A stretch of DNA of 64,000 bases, from assembly GCA_012840395.1 (NCBI GenBank), contig DULL01000036.1, positions 5,832 to 69,831 of the forward strand, read 5' to 3'. Position numbers and translations under genes: made by a program. Shown piece after piece: positions 30,273 to 39,086 of the stretch. A model generated the notes under the pieces. The model was given only the letters and a program-made list of their open reading frames with translations. It did not search any database and was not told where the DNA came from. Source of the DNA: Clostridiaceae bacterium (lineage in GTDB: Bacteria; Bacillota; Clostridia; Acetivibrionales; DULL01). Every line of letters starts with the position of its first letter. The first letter of the stretch is position 1.

Positions 30273-31619
30273 ATGAAACAAAAAATTAAAAAGCTTAACA
30301 TGAAACTCAATCATAAAAAATCAGATAATAGCACCCCAGATAATATGAAATTGAATTATAAGAACACATTTATTATAGGCCTGGGATTTTTTACTGTAAG
30401 CCTGGTCTGGTCAATATACAATCTTGCAGTTCCATTATATCTTGATGAGCTGGGGTTGTCAGGGACACAAGTTGGTATAGTTATGACAATAGACAATATT
30501 TTTGCCCTTCTGTTTTTGCCTTTATTCGGAACTTTAAGCGACAGGACCTGGACAAGGTATGGTAGAAGGATGCCTTATCTGCTGGTAGGTATACCTCTGT
30601 CAGCCATTGCCTTTTTCGTACTTCCTTTTACTATAGGAAGCCTGACTTTTCTTATGACAGCTGTTATTTTTCTTAATCTTTTTATGAGTATTTACAGGGC
30701 TCCTACCGTAGCCCTTATGCCTGATGTAACTCCCAGACCTCTTAGAAGTAAAGCAAACGGAATTATCAATTTTATGGGTGGTCTGGGAAGTTCGGCTTCC
30801 TTTTTCTTAAGCAGCATACTCTTCAAAATGGGAGAATATGTTCCATATGCTGTAGTAGCTGGAATTATGTTTATAACTATCATTCTTATGTATAACCTGG
30901 TGAAAGAACCGGAGGTTCTTGAATATGAAAAAGATAAAAACCGTGCTAATGTAGATTCCGCACAATCGGAAGACAGAGGGGCTAAGGTTGCAGATAACAC
31001 TGTTAAAGAACAGGAGAGAGGTAAACTCTTAAGCCTTATATTCATTCTTTTAGCAATCTTTTTCTGGTATACCGGCTTTAATGCAATTGAAGCTTTCTTT
31101 TCTACCTATGGCCAGGTAATATTGGGAGTGGACAAAAGCATTTCTTCCGTGTATTTGACCGTATTTTCAGCTGTGTTCCTATTATTCTGCATTCCGGCAG
31201 GATTAATAGCAGGAAAATTTGGAAGGAAGAAAACCATACTTTCCGGATTAATTGTCATTATTGTAGCATTTATTGCCATGATTTTTATAAGAGATGCTAT
31301 ACCGATATATTTTGCAATGACATTTGGCGGAATAGGTTGGGCACTTATAAATATAAACTCCTATCCAATGGTTGTAGAAATGACCTCAAATGCGGGCATA
31401 GGAAAATATACAGGATATTATTATTTCTTTTCAATGCTGGCTGCCATTATCAGCCCTATTCTTTATGGGTTTATAAAGGATATGCTTGGAGATGGACTTA
31501 TGTTTATTTATTCAACTATTGCCATGGTTATAGCATTCTTCTTTATGATGCTTGTGAAGCATGGGGAAATACCTCCTGTGAAAAAATCAGCTTTCGAAGT
31601 CCTGGAGAATATGGATTAG
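30273..31619 (+). CDS. MFS transporter
   Basis: 448 aa. About 12 predicted hydrophobic segments with a charged central loop. DRTWTRYGRRMP-type loop motif after TM2. Confidence 0.8.
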   Translation: MKQKIKKLNMKLNHKKSDNSTPDNMKLNYKNTFIIGLGFFTVSLVWSIYNLAVPLYLDELGLSGTQVGIVMTIDNIFALLFLPLFGTLSDRTWTRYGRRMPYLLVGIPLSAIAFFVLPFTIGSLTFLMTAVIFLNLFMSIYRAPTVALMPDVTPRPLRSKANGIINFMGGLGSSASFFLSSILFKMGEYVPYAVVAGIMFITIILMYNLVKEPEVLEYEKDKNRANVDSAQSEDRGAKVADNTVKEQERGKLLSLIFILLAIFFWYTGFNAIEAFFSTYGQVILGVDKSISSVYLTVFSAVFLLFCIPAGLIAGKFGRKKTILSGLIVIIVAFIAMIFIRDAIPIYFAMTFGGIGWALININSYPMVVEMTSNAGIGKYTGYYYFFSMLAAIISPILYGFIKDMLGDGLMFIYSTIAMVIAFFFMMLVKHGEIPPVKKSAFEVLENMD

Positions 31620-31630
31620 AATGTATGTCC

Positions 31631-31660
31631 TTGACACGAACATAAGTTTGGTTAATAATA
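31631..31660 (+). promoter_or_regulatory. Promoter (TTGACA, AT-rich -10) with overlapping LexA/Cheo-type box CGAACATAAGTTTG (31637-31650)
   Basis: TTGACA at 31631-31636. The GAAC-N4-GTTT core immediately follows. AATAAT/ATAATA lies 17-18 nt downstream of the -35. Confidence 0.55.
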
Positions 31661-31756
31661 ATATTGTGAATTATTCTGAATTATGATAAATTCTGTTATG
31701 GCTTATATATACATGTAATGATGATGTATTAATGGTCTAAATGTATATAAATCCTT

Positions 31757-31880
31757 AACCAAGCCTCAAGAGAAGTCTCTCGCTTCTATTAGCGGGAGCT
31801 GAGTTGATGTAAATTATATAAACTTGTTCAGCGGGGGATTGCATAACCCCCACTGAATTCCCGTATGAAGCGGGTTTGCA
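31757..31880 (+). repeat. Conserved structured intergenic element, copy B
   Basis: Same blocks as copies A and C. Hairpins at 31776-31798 and 31829-31855. Lies in the leader between the LexA-box promoter and the topoisomerase gene. Confidence 0.85.
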
Positions 31881-31921
31881 TACTAATCTAAAGATATTAA
31901 GCAAGAAAACCGGAGGAACTA

Positions 31922-33901
31922 ATGACAAATTCAAGAAAAGGAAACAGATATGATAATCAAAGCATATCTTCCCTTAAAGGTGCGGACAGGGTAAGATTAA
32001 GGCCAGGTGTTATTTTTGGATCTGACGATATAGAAGGATGTAAACATTCTTTTTTTGAAATACTGTCCAACTCTATTGATGAGGCAAGGGAAGGCTTCGG
32101 AGATATAATTGAAATAATAAGGCATTCTGATAAATCTATTACCGTGAAAGATTATGGGAGAGGAATACCGCTGGATTATAACCCCAAGGAAGGGCGCTAC
32201 AACTGGGAACTGGTTTTCTGCGAACTTTATGCTGGAGGGAAATATAAAAACACCACTGGGGAAAGTTATGAGTTCAGCCTTGGTTTTAATGGACTTGGCA
32301 GTTGTGCAACCCAATATAGCTCAGAGTACATGGATGTTTTGGTTTACAGGGACGGATACAAATATGAGCTTCATTTTGAAAAGGGAGAAAATATAGGAGG
32401 CCTTAAGAAAACAAAAGCCCAGTATGACCATACCGGAACAACCATTAAATGGAGACCGGACATAGAAGTGTTTACATCAATTGATATTCCTCTCGAATAT
32501 TACAAGGATATATTGAAAAAACAGGCTGTAGTTAATGCCGGATTGAAATTCAGGTTATTTGATGAAGAATCGGGAAAAACATTTGAGTATATATATGAAA
32601 ACGGGATAGTTGACTATATAAAGGAGATAAATCAAGACAAAGGTTTTACGGATATACAGTTTTTTGAAACATCTGCCAAGGGTAGGGACAGAGAGGACCG
32701 ACCTGAATATAAGGTTAAGATGCAGATAGCTTTTTGTTTTAATAATGAAATCAACCTGTTGGAATACTATCATAACTCTAGTTTTCTTGAGCATGGTGGT
32801 TCGCCGGACAGAGCTGTTAAGACTGCTTTTATAAATGAAATTGATAAATGCATAAGGAATGCAGGTAAATATAATAAGGGAGAAAGTAAAATTACTTTTT
32901 CAGATATTCAGGACAGTCTTATTCTTGTGACAAATTCTTTTTCCACATTTACAAGCTATGAAAATCAGACCAAAAAAGCCATAAATAATAAGTTTATTCA
33001 AGAGGCTATGACTGATTTTTTGAAACAGCAGTTAGAGATATATTTTATTGAAAACAAAATTGAAAGCGAAAGAATTATTGAGCAGGTGCTTGTTAACAAG
33101 AGAAGCAGAGAATCGGCTGAGAAAACTAGAATTAACATTAAGAAGAAACTGGGCGGAACGTTAGATATATCGAACAGGGTGAAAAAGTTTGTGGACTGCC
33201 GCACAAAAGATGTAAGCCGAAGAGAGTTGTATATTGTGGAGGGTGATTCAGCTCTGGGAGCATGTAAGCTTGGAAGGGATGCAGAATTTCAAGCTATCAT
33301 GCCGGTACGTGGAAAAATATTAAATTGTCTGAAAGCTGAATATGACAGCATATTTAAAAATGAAATTATAGTTGACTTGTTAAAGGTGTTAGGTTGTGGT
33401 GTCGAGATAAAGTCCAAGCATAATAAGGAACTGAATACATTTGATATGGATAATCTTCGGTGGGATAAGATTATAATTTGTACAGATGCAGATGTGGACG
33501 GATTTCAAATAAGAACTCTAATCCTCACGATGTTATACAGACTGGTTCCAACTTTAATAGAAAAAGGAAAAGTATTTATTGCTGAAACTCCACTATTTGA
33601 AATTACATGCAAGAATAAAACTTACTTTGCCTATAATGAGATGGAGAAAAACCAGATAATATCAAAACTGACTGGAAAGTATTCAATACAGCGTTCGAAA
33701 GGTTTAGGAGAGAATAACCCCGAGATGATGTGGGAAACAACTATGAATCCTGAAACCAGAAGATTAATAAAAATATTGCCTGATGATGCAAAGCGTACAT
33801 CAGAAATGTTTGACATTTTATTAGGCGATAACATTCAGGGAAGAAAGAATTTTATTGAAGAAAACGGATATAAGTATATGGAAATGATAGATGTAAGTTA
33901 G
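31922..33901 (+). CDS. Type IIA DNA topoisomerase, ATPase (GyrB/ParE-like) subunit, divergent
   Basis: 659 aa. GHKL motifs (LSNSIDEA, DYGRGIP, LYAGGKY, GFNGLGS), QTK loop, and TOPRIM (EGDSA, PVRGKILN, TDADVDG). Confidence 0.85.
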   Translation: MTNSRKGNRYDNQSISSLKGADRVRLRPGVIFGSDDIEGCKHSFFEILSNSIDEAREGFGDIIEIIRHSDKSITVKDYGRGIPLDYNPKEGRYNWELVFCELYAGGKYKNTTGESYEFSLGFNGLGSCATQYSSEYMDVLVYRDGYKYELHFEKGENIGGLKKTKAQYDHTGTTIKWRPDIEVFTSIDIPLEYYKDILKKQAVVNAGLKFRLFDEESGKTFEYIYENGIVDYIKEINQDKGFTDIQFFETSAKGRDREDRPEYKVKMQIAFCFNNEINLLEYYHNSSFLEHGGSPDRAVKTAFINEIDKCIRNAGKYNKGESKITFSDIQDSLILVTNSFSTFTSYENQTKKAINNKFIQEAMTDFLKQQLEIYFIENKIESERIIEQVLVNKRSRESAEKTRINIKKKLGGTLDISNRVKKFVDCRTKDVSRRELYIVEGDSALGACKLGRDAEFQAIMPVRGKILNCLKAEYDSIFKNEIIVDLLKVLGCGVEIKSKHNKELNTFDMDNLRWDKIIICTDADVDGFQIRTLILTMLYRLVPTLIEKGKVFIAETPLFEITCKNKTYFAYNEMEKNQIISKLTGKYSIQRSKGLGENNPEMMWETTMNPETRRLIKILPDDAKRTSEMFDILLGDNIQGRKNFIEENGYKYMEMIDVS

Positions 33902-33954
33902 TAGATTTGCCAATTTGAATTGAAGAAATCTATCTTTTATGTTAGGAGAGGTAT

Positions 33955-36147
33955 ATGATTAACAATACTATTGAACAAAGGATTGTAGATACGCTGGAAC
34001 AAAACTATATGCCTTATGCCATGAGTGTTATTGTATCCAGGGCAATTCCTGAAATAGATGGCTTTAAACCTGCCCATAGAAAACTTCTTTTCACCATGTA
34101 TAAAATGGGATTATTGACGGGAGAAAGAACAAAATCTGCAAATGTGGTTGGACAGACTATGAAAATAAACCCTCATGGTGATATGGCTATATATGAAACT
34201 TTGGTCAGACTTACAAAGGGATACAATGCTTTACTCCATCCGTATGTAGATTCCAAGGGAAACTTCGGGAAACAGTATTCCCGGGATATGAAGTATGCAG
34301 CTCCCCGTTATACTGAGGTAAAACTAGATAAAATATGTGAAGAATTATTCAGGGATATTGAAAAGAATACAGTGGAATTTGTAGATAATTACGATGGAAC
34401 TATGAAGGAACCTGTACTTTTGCCTGCAACATTTCCCAGTATTCTGGTAAATGCAAATCAGGGAATTGCGGTTGGAATGGCCAGCAATATATGCAGTTTC
34501 AATTTGCAGGAGATATGTGAAGCTGTTGTACAATATATTAATGATGAAAACGCAGATATTGCACAATATCTTAAAGCGCCTGATTTTTCTACAGGAGGGC
34601 AGCTTATTTATAACGAAAAAGACATAAGAGAAATATATGAAACTGGAAAAGGAAGCTTTAAATTAAGGGCAAAGTACAGATTTGACAAGAAAAACAGCTG
34701 TATTGAGATATATGAAATTCCCTATACAACTACCACTGAAGCTATTATTGATGCAACGATTAATCTTGTTAAGGCTGGGAAACTGAAAGAAGTTACAGAT
34801 GTCAGAGATGAAACGGATTTAAATGGACTGAAAATTACTCTTGATATCAGGAAAAGTGCAGACCCGGATGTGATAATGAGCAAGCTGTATAAGCAAACGC
34901 CTGCTGAGGATTCTTTCAGTTGTAATTTTAATATATTAATAAAGGGAAAACCCAGGGTAATGGGTATTAAAGAAATTATCCATGAATGGATTGAATTTAG
35001 AATAGGTTGTATCAAAGGACAACTGGCTTATGATATTAATAAGAAATCAGAAAAACTTCATCTTCTGTTAGGGCTGAACAAGATTCTTCTTGATATTGAT
35101 AAAGCCATCAGGATAATCAGAGACACTGAAAAAGATTCACAAGTAGTGCCAAATCTAATGAAGGGTTTTGAGATTGACCAGGTTCAGGCTGAGTTTATTG
35201 CCGAAATTAAGCTGAGAAATCTTAATAAAGAGTACATTCTTCAAAGAGTAGGTGAAATTGAAACTCTTAAAAAAGATATTGAAGATCTGAAATCAACATA
35301 TGAAAGTGAGAGAAAGATTAAGAAATTAATTGTACGGCAGCTTAATGAAGTGTGCAAAAAATATGGTCAGCCTCGCCGAACAGAAATAATATATGAGGAT
35401 AAAATTGAAGTAATACCTGAAGAAACCTTAATTGAAGATTATAATCTGAAATTGTTCCTTACGGCTGAAAACTATTTTAAAAAGATTTCTTTGGTATCAT
35501 TAAGGGCGAACCCTGAACAAAAGCTTAAAGAGGATGACTATATTATCCAGGAATTTGAGACCAGAAATAAATCTGATTTATTGCTTTTTTCAAACAAACA
35601 TGCGGTTTACAAGCTTAAAGTCCATGAAATCAGCGATACAAAAGCAAGCAGCCTGGGAGAGTACCTGCCTAATCTTCTGGAACTGGAACAAGATGAGAAA
35701 ATAATCTACATGGTTGCTACTGATAATTACAAAGGGTACATGCTGTTTGCCTTTGAAAATGGGAAAATAGCAAAAATAACTCTTGAAAGCTATGCCACCA
35801 AAACAAACAGAAAGAAGCTTATAAATGCCTATTCGGATCTTTCCAGACTAGTACGTATGTTGTATATTGACGAAAATGAAAAAGATATAGAACTGGTTGC
35901 ATACAGCAATATTCATAAAATTGTCATATTCAATACATCCTGCATTAATCCTAAGTCTACCAGAGACTCTCAGGGAGTGCAGGTCTTGAAGCAGAAAAAA
36001 GGCAGCATAATGATTGATGTAAAAACTATAGAGGAATCAGGGATAAGAAACCTGGATTACTATAGAGTAAAAAACATACCTGCTGTAGGGTATTACCTTA
36101 AAGAAGAGGATAAAGGGATAGAGCAGATGACCATAGATTTTGATTAG
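33955..36147 (+). CDS. Type IIA DNA topoisomerase, breakage-reunion (GyrA/ParC-like) subunit, divergent
   Basis: 730 aa. DGFKPAHRKLLF and HPHGD. Catalytic Tyr context AAPRYTEVKL. Short C-terminal beta-pinwheel region. Confidence 0.85.
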   Translation: MINNTIEQRIVDTLEQNYMPYAMSVIVSRAIPEIDGFKPAHRKLLFTMYKMGLLTGERTKSANVVGQTMKINPHGDMAIYETLVRLTKGYNALLHPYVDSKGNFGKQYSRDMKYAAPRYTEVKLDKICEELFRDIEKNTVEFVDNYDGTMKEPVLLPATFPSILVNANQGIAVGMASNICSFNLQEICEAVVQYINDENADIAQYLKAPDFSTGGQLIYNEKDIREIYETGKGSFKLRAKYRFDKKNSCIEIYEIPYTTTTEAIIDATINLVKAGKLKEVTDVRDETDLNGLKITLDIRKSADPDVIMSKLYKQTPAEDSFSCNFNILIKGKPRVMGIKEIIHEWIEFRIGCIKGQLAYDINKKSEKLHLLLGLNKILLDIDKAIRIIRDTEKDSQVVPNLMKGFEIDQVQAEFIAEIKLRNLNKEYILQRVGEIETLKKDIEDLKSTYESERKIKKLIVRQLNEVCKKYGQPRRTEIIYEDKIEVIPEETLIEDYNLKLFLTAENYFKKISLVSLRANPEQKLKEDDYIIQEFETRNKSDLLLFSNKHAVYKLKVHEISDTKASSLGEYLPNLLELEQDEKIIYMVATDNYKGYMLFAFENGKIAKITLESYATKTNRKKLINAYSDLSRLVRMLYIDENEKDIELVAYSNIHKIVIFNTSCINPKSTRDSQGVQVLKQKKGSIMIDVKTIEESGIRNLDYYRVKNIPAVGYYLKEEDKGIEQMTIDFD

Positions 36148-36236
36148 GGGCGTTCAGGGATGTCGTTAAGGGACTTTCGTTCTTAGGGGACATTCCTTAG
36201 GGACATTCCTGCACAATTCATAATTAGGGACATTTC
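36144..36236 (+). repeat. Array of about 6 direct, partly degenerate copies of TTAGGGACATTCC
   Basis: Best copies are at 36183-36196, 36197-36209 and 36224-36236. Degenerate copies are at 36144, 36156 and 36166. The array starts on the stop codon of the topoisomerase A gene. Confidence 0.8.
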
Positions 36237-36270
36237 TTCATAACAAATAAAAATGAATAATCAAGCATAT

Positions 36271-36312
36271 CGAACATTTGTTCTTTACAAAAATTACCTT
36301 TAGTGCTATAAT
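36271..36312 (+). promoter_or_regulatory. LexA/Cheo-type box CGAACATTTGTTCT abutting promoter TTTACA-17-TATAAT
   Basis: Box at 36271-36284, -35 at 36284-36289, -10 at 36307-36312, about 20 nt upstream of the Y1-transposase-like gene. Confidence 0.6.
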
Positions 36313-36332
36313 ATTGTTCGAGGTGATAAAAA

Positions 36333-37256
36333 ATGCCAAGAACAGCACGAAAAAAGTCAGAAGATGCAGTTTATCACGTTATGTCAAGAAGTATTAGCGA
36401 AATTAATTTGTTTTTGTGTGATGAAGACAAGGATTACTACCTGAGTTTGCTAAAAAAATATAAAGAAAAATTCCATTGCAAGATTTATTCATATATTCTC
36501 ATGGATAACCATGTGCATATCTATATAGACCCTTGTGGGGCTGATATTTCATCCTTTATGCTTAGTTTGAATACAGCCTACGTATGTTATTTTAACAGGA
36601 AGTATAAGCGTCATGGGCATCTATTCCAGGGGAGATTTGCAAGTACTATAGTTGATAATGATACTTACAGTTTAACTTTATCTGCATATATTCATAACAA
36701 TGCAAAGGACATACCAGGTTACAAAGGCAAAGAAGAATTTTATAAATATTCCTCATATGGCATATTCACTGGATATATGAAGGATACATATGAAATTGTG
36801 GATACAGAATATATTTTAATGATGTTTGACAGCGATAAAAAAAGAGCACAAGAGAAGTACTTAAAATTTGTCCAATCAATGAAGGATACCGGAATACAGA
36901 AAGAAGTGGACAAGAATATTATGGCTGCTTACACGGAAAATGTGTATAAAAGTGGCAAGTGCTATATTATAAGGGATAAGACACCTGATGAGCTGCTGCA
37001 AAGGATAGGCGAAATATTAGGTGAAAAACTTCCATGGAGATTAAGGGCAAAGCACTGCAGAGAATCAAAAGATTTCAGAGCATTTTCCACATATGTTATT
37101 AGAGTACTATGCGGGTATACATATCAAGGATTATGTGAATATATAGGAAATATGACAGTGTCAGGAATATCAAGATTATCAAATGAAGGGTTCAAGCTAC
37201 TAAAGGAGCAAAAAAGATTTCAGAGAGCTTTCAATTTGTTGATTCAGGCAAATTAA
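36333..37256 (+). CDS. Y1 (HUH) transposase-like protein (IS200/RayT-like N-domain) fused to a DnaA-domain-IV-like HTH C-terminus
   Basis: 307 aa. YHVMSRS, HUH motif MDNHVHIYI, and Tyr context YIHNNA. The C-terminal ~70 aa (FSTYVIRVLCGYTYQGLCEYIGNMTVSGISRLSNEG) resemble the DnaA C-terminal DNA-binding domain. Confidence 0.75.
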   Translation: MPRTARKKSEDAVYHVMSRSISEINLFLCDEDKDYYLSLLKKYKEKFHCKIYSYILMDNHVHIYIDPCGADISSFMLSLNTAYVCYFNRKYKRHGHLFQGRFASTIVDNDTYSLTLSAYIHNNAKDIPGYKGKEEFYKYSSYGIFTGYMKDTYEIVDTEYILMMFDSDKKRAQEKYLKFVQSMKDTGIQKEVDKNIMAAYTENVYKSGKCYIIRDKTPDELLQRIGEILGEKLPWRLRAKHCRESKDFRAFSTYVIRVLCGYTYQGLCEYIGNMTVSGISRLSNEGFKLLKEQKRFQRAFNLLIQAN

Positions 37257-37476
37257 TGAATAAAAATTAAATGTTGCTTTATTAAGGTATTTTGCTATAA
37301 AAATATATTTTATAAAATAAAATTACAAAATCTGTAAATATTCTATTAAAGTCCTTCAAATATTCTATCTGACCCAGAACATATCAGAACATACTGAATA
37401 ATATTCTGTCAATTCTATCTATTATTTTTCTTACACTGAATGATTACTGAATATGGAGGCTTGCTTTTGCAAATTG

Positions 37477-37525
37477 GGTAAAAAAAAGGAACATCCTTTA
37501 GAGAAAAAGAAAGGAATGTCCCTTA
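37477..37525 (-). terminator. Terminator of the aspartate kinase gene, built from the repeat units
   Basis: On the - strand GGGACATTCCTTT..AAAGGATGTTCC forms a bulged hairpin followed by T8 (the A-run at 37480-37487 on +). Confidence 0.6.
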
Positions 37526-37531
37526 TATCCC

Positions 37532-38881
37532 TCACTCGAAAAATTCATAATATAGTGCTTTTATAGCATCTACGCATTTATCTTTATTTACCCCGAACAT
37601 CATGCTGAACTCAAAAAATCCCTGGCTGATCATTTCGATATTGATTCTGTTCCGCGCTAAAGCGTTAGTGGCTCTTGATGCGATACCAATTGTATTTTGC
37701 ATTCCTTCGCCTACTATCATAACCAGTGCTAGATCTCGTTGAACAAAAACATCATCAACGAGAAGTTCTGTTTTTATTCTTTTTACAATTCTTTCTTCAG
37801 CTTCTCTGCTTAGTTGCTTATCTCTTAAAATTATTGACATATGGTCAATTCCTGAAGGCATATGTTCAAAAGATAGATTTTCATCTTCTAGGATATTAAG
37901 CACCCTGCGCCCAAATCCAATCTCTCTGTTCATCAGGTATTTACTCATGGAAATACAGCAAAATCCTGTATCTCCTGCCACACCAACTACAGGGGTTTTT
38001 ACAGTTCTGCGGAAAGGAATAATAGTTGTGCCAGGTGCATCCGGGTTGTTTGTATTCTTGATTCGTACAGGAATGTCCCTTTGATAGACCGGGATGAGGG
38101 CTTCTTCGTGGAATACACTGAACCCTGCATATGAAAGCTCTCTCATTTCCCTATATGTTATTTCTTCAATGGGCTTAGGATTTGGGATAATATTGGGATT
38201 AGCTGAATATACACAGTCCACGTCTGTAAAATTCTCATATAAATCTGCATTTACAGCAGCCGCAAGAATTGAACCTGTAATATCGGAACCACCCCGGGAG
38301 AAAGTAACAATATCTCCACTCTTTGAATATCCGAAAAATCCAGGGAAAATAATTATTCCCTCCATATTTGCAAGGTTCATTAAATTTTCGTAGGATTCAG
38401 AGAGAACAGTTGCGTTTCCATACTCATTACTAAGATACAAACCTGCGTCCTTTGGACTTACATATCGGGCATTAACACCCAGGCTTTGGAGATAGGACGC
38501 TACAAGTTTCGCACAGTTATCCTCCCCTGCAGCCTTAAGAGAATCTATATATTTAGCACTGTTTTTCTTATCTGAAGAAAGACGTGCCTTAATATCAGCC
38601 TTAATATCATTAACAATTGTACTGGACATACCAAGGTCCAGCGCAATTTCCTTATATCTGTTAACTATGGCTTTGAGCTGTTTTTCTCCGGTACCTCCCG
38701 CAAGACTATCTTCTGCACATTGAATCAATAAATCTGTTATCTTAATATCTTCCTTAAATCTTTTACCAGGTGCAGACACCACAATAATTTTACGATCAGG
38801 ATCTGAGAGAATTATTTTACACACTTTTTTTATTTGTTCTGCCGAAGCCAAGGATGAACCTCCAAATTTAGCTACTTTCAT
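37532..38881 (-). CDS. Aspartate kinase
   Basis: 449 aa. KVAKFGGSSL and VVSAPG. Two C-terminal ACT-like regions. Confidence 0.9.
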   Translation of the reverse strand: MKVAKFGGSSLASAEQIKKVCKIILSDPDRKIIVVSAPGKRFKEDIKITDLLIQCAEDSLAGGTGEKQLKAIVNRYKEIALDLGMSSTIVNDIKADIKARLSSDKKNSAKYIDSLKAAGEDNCAKLVASYLQSLGVNARYVSPKDAGLYLSNEYGNATVLSESYENLMNLANMEGIIIFPGFFGYSKSGDIVTFSRGGSDITGSILAAAVNADLYENFTDVDCVYSANPNIIPNPKPIEEITYREMRELSYAGFSVFHEEALIPVYQRDIPVRIKNTNNPDAPGTTIIPFRRTVKTPVVGVAGDTGFCCISMSKYLMNREIGFGRRVLNILEDENLSFEHMPSGIDHMSIILRDKQLSREAEERIVKRIKTELLVDDVFVQRDLALVMIVGEGMQNTIGIASRATNALARNRINIEMISQGFFEFSMMFGVNKDKCVDAIKALYYEFFE

Positions 38882-39009
38882 TGAAACAACCTCCAGTTTA
38901 TGATGAAATAGGCTAATTAGTATCTATACTTACATTAATATTCATTTCATATATACTTTTACCTATTTTATATTTACTGCCTAGATGTGTCAACATTTGA
39001 TTTTCTATT

Positions 39010-39059
39010 GATGATGTTCACATGATGATGTTCACAATTAATTGTACTAGTGATATAAT
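39010..39059 (+). promoter_or_regulatory. uvrB promoter region: duplicated GATGATGTTCACA (2 x 13 nt) with TTCACA-17-TATAAT
   Basis: Repeats at 39010-39022 and 39024-39036. -35 TTCACA at 39031-39036 and -10 TATAAT at 39054-39059. Confidence 0.45.
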
Positions 39060-39086
39060 TTTCATTATTACTAGGAGGGATATGAT

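Larger units (their letters stand above)
36144..37525 (+). mobile_element. REPtron-like unit: Y1 transposase-like gene bracketed by oppositely oriented TTAGGGACATTCC repeats (possibly domesticated, not demonstrably mobile)
   Basis: Direct copies lie upstream (36144-36236). An inverted copy GGAATGTCCCTTA is at 37513-37525, with a degenerate partner at 37487-37500. No target-site duplication or second copy was seen. Confidence 0.35.

Noticed and set aside
38066-38079. AGGAATGTCCCT inside the aspartate kinase gene matches the TTAGGGACATTCC repeat family.
   Set aside because: It falls within conserved coding sequence (..RDIPVRIK..) and has no flanking similarity. It is most likely a chance 12-mer match.
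38991-39004. Possible LexA box CAACATTTGATTTT upstream of uvrB.
   Set aside because: Two of eight core positions deviate from GAAC-N4-GTT(C/T), and it lies about 27 nt upstream of the -35. I kept it only as a comparative observation, not as a feature.
38882-39086. Looked for a lysine riboswitch upstream of aspartate kinase and a terminator-type attenuator in the pyrG leader (16519-16609).
   Set aside because: The aspartate kinase upstream region is too short and lacks L-box conserved segments. The pyrG leader shows only a 4-bp stem and no terminator.
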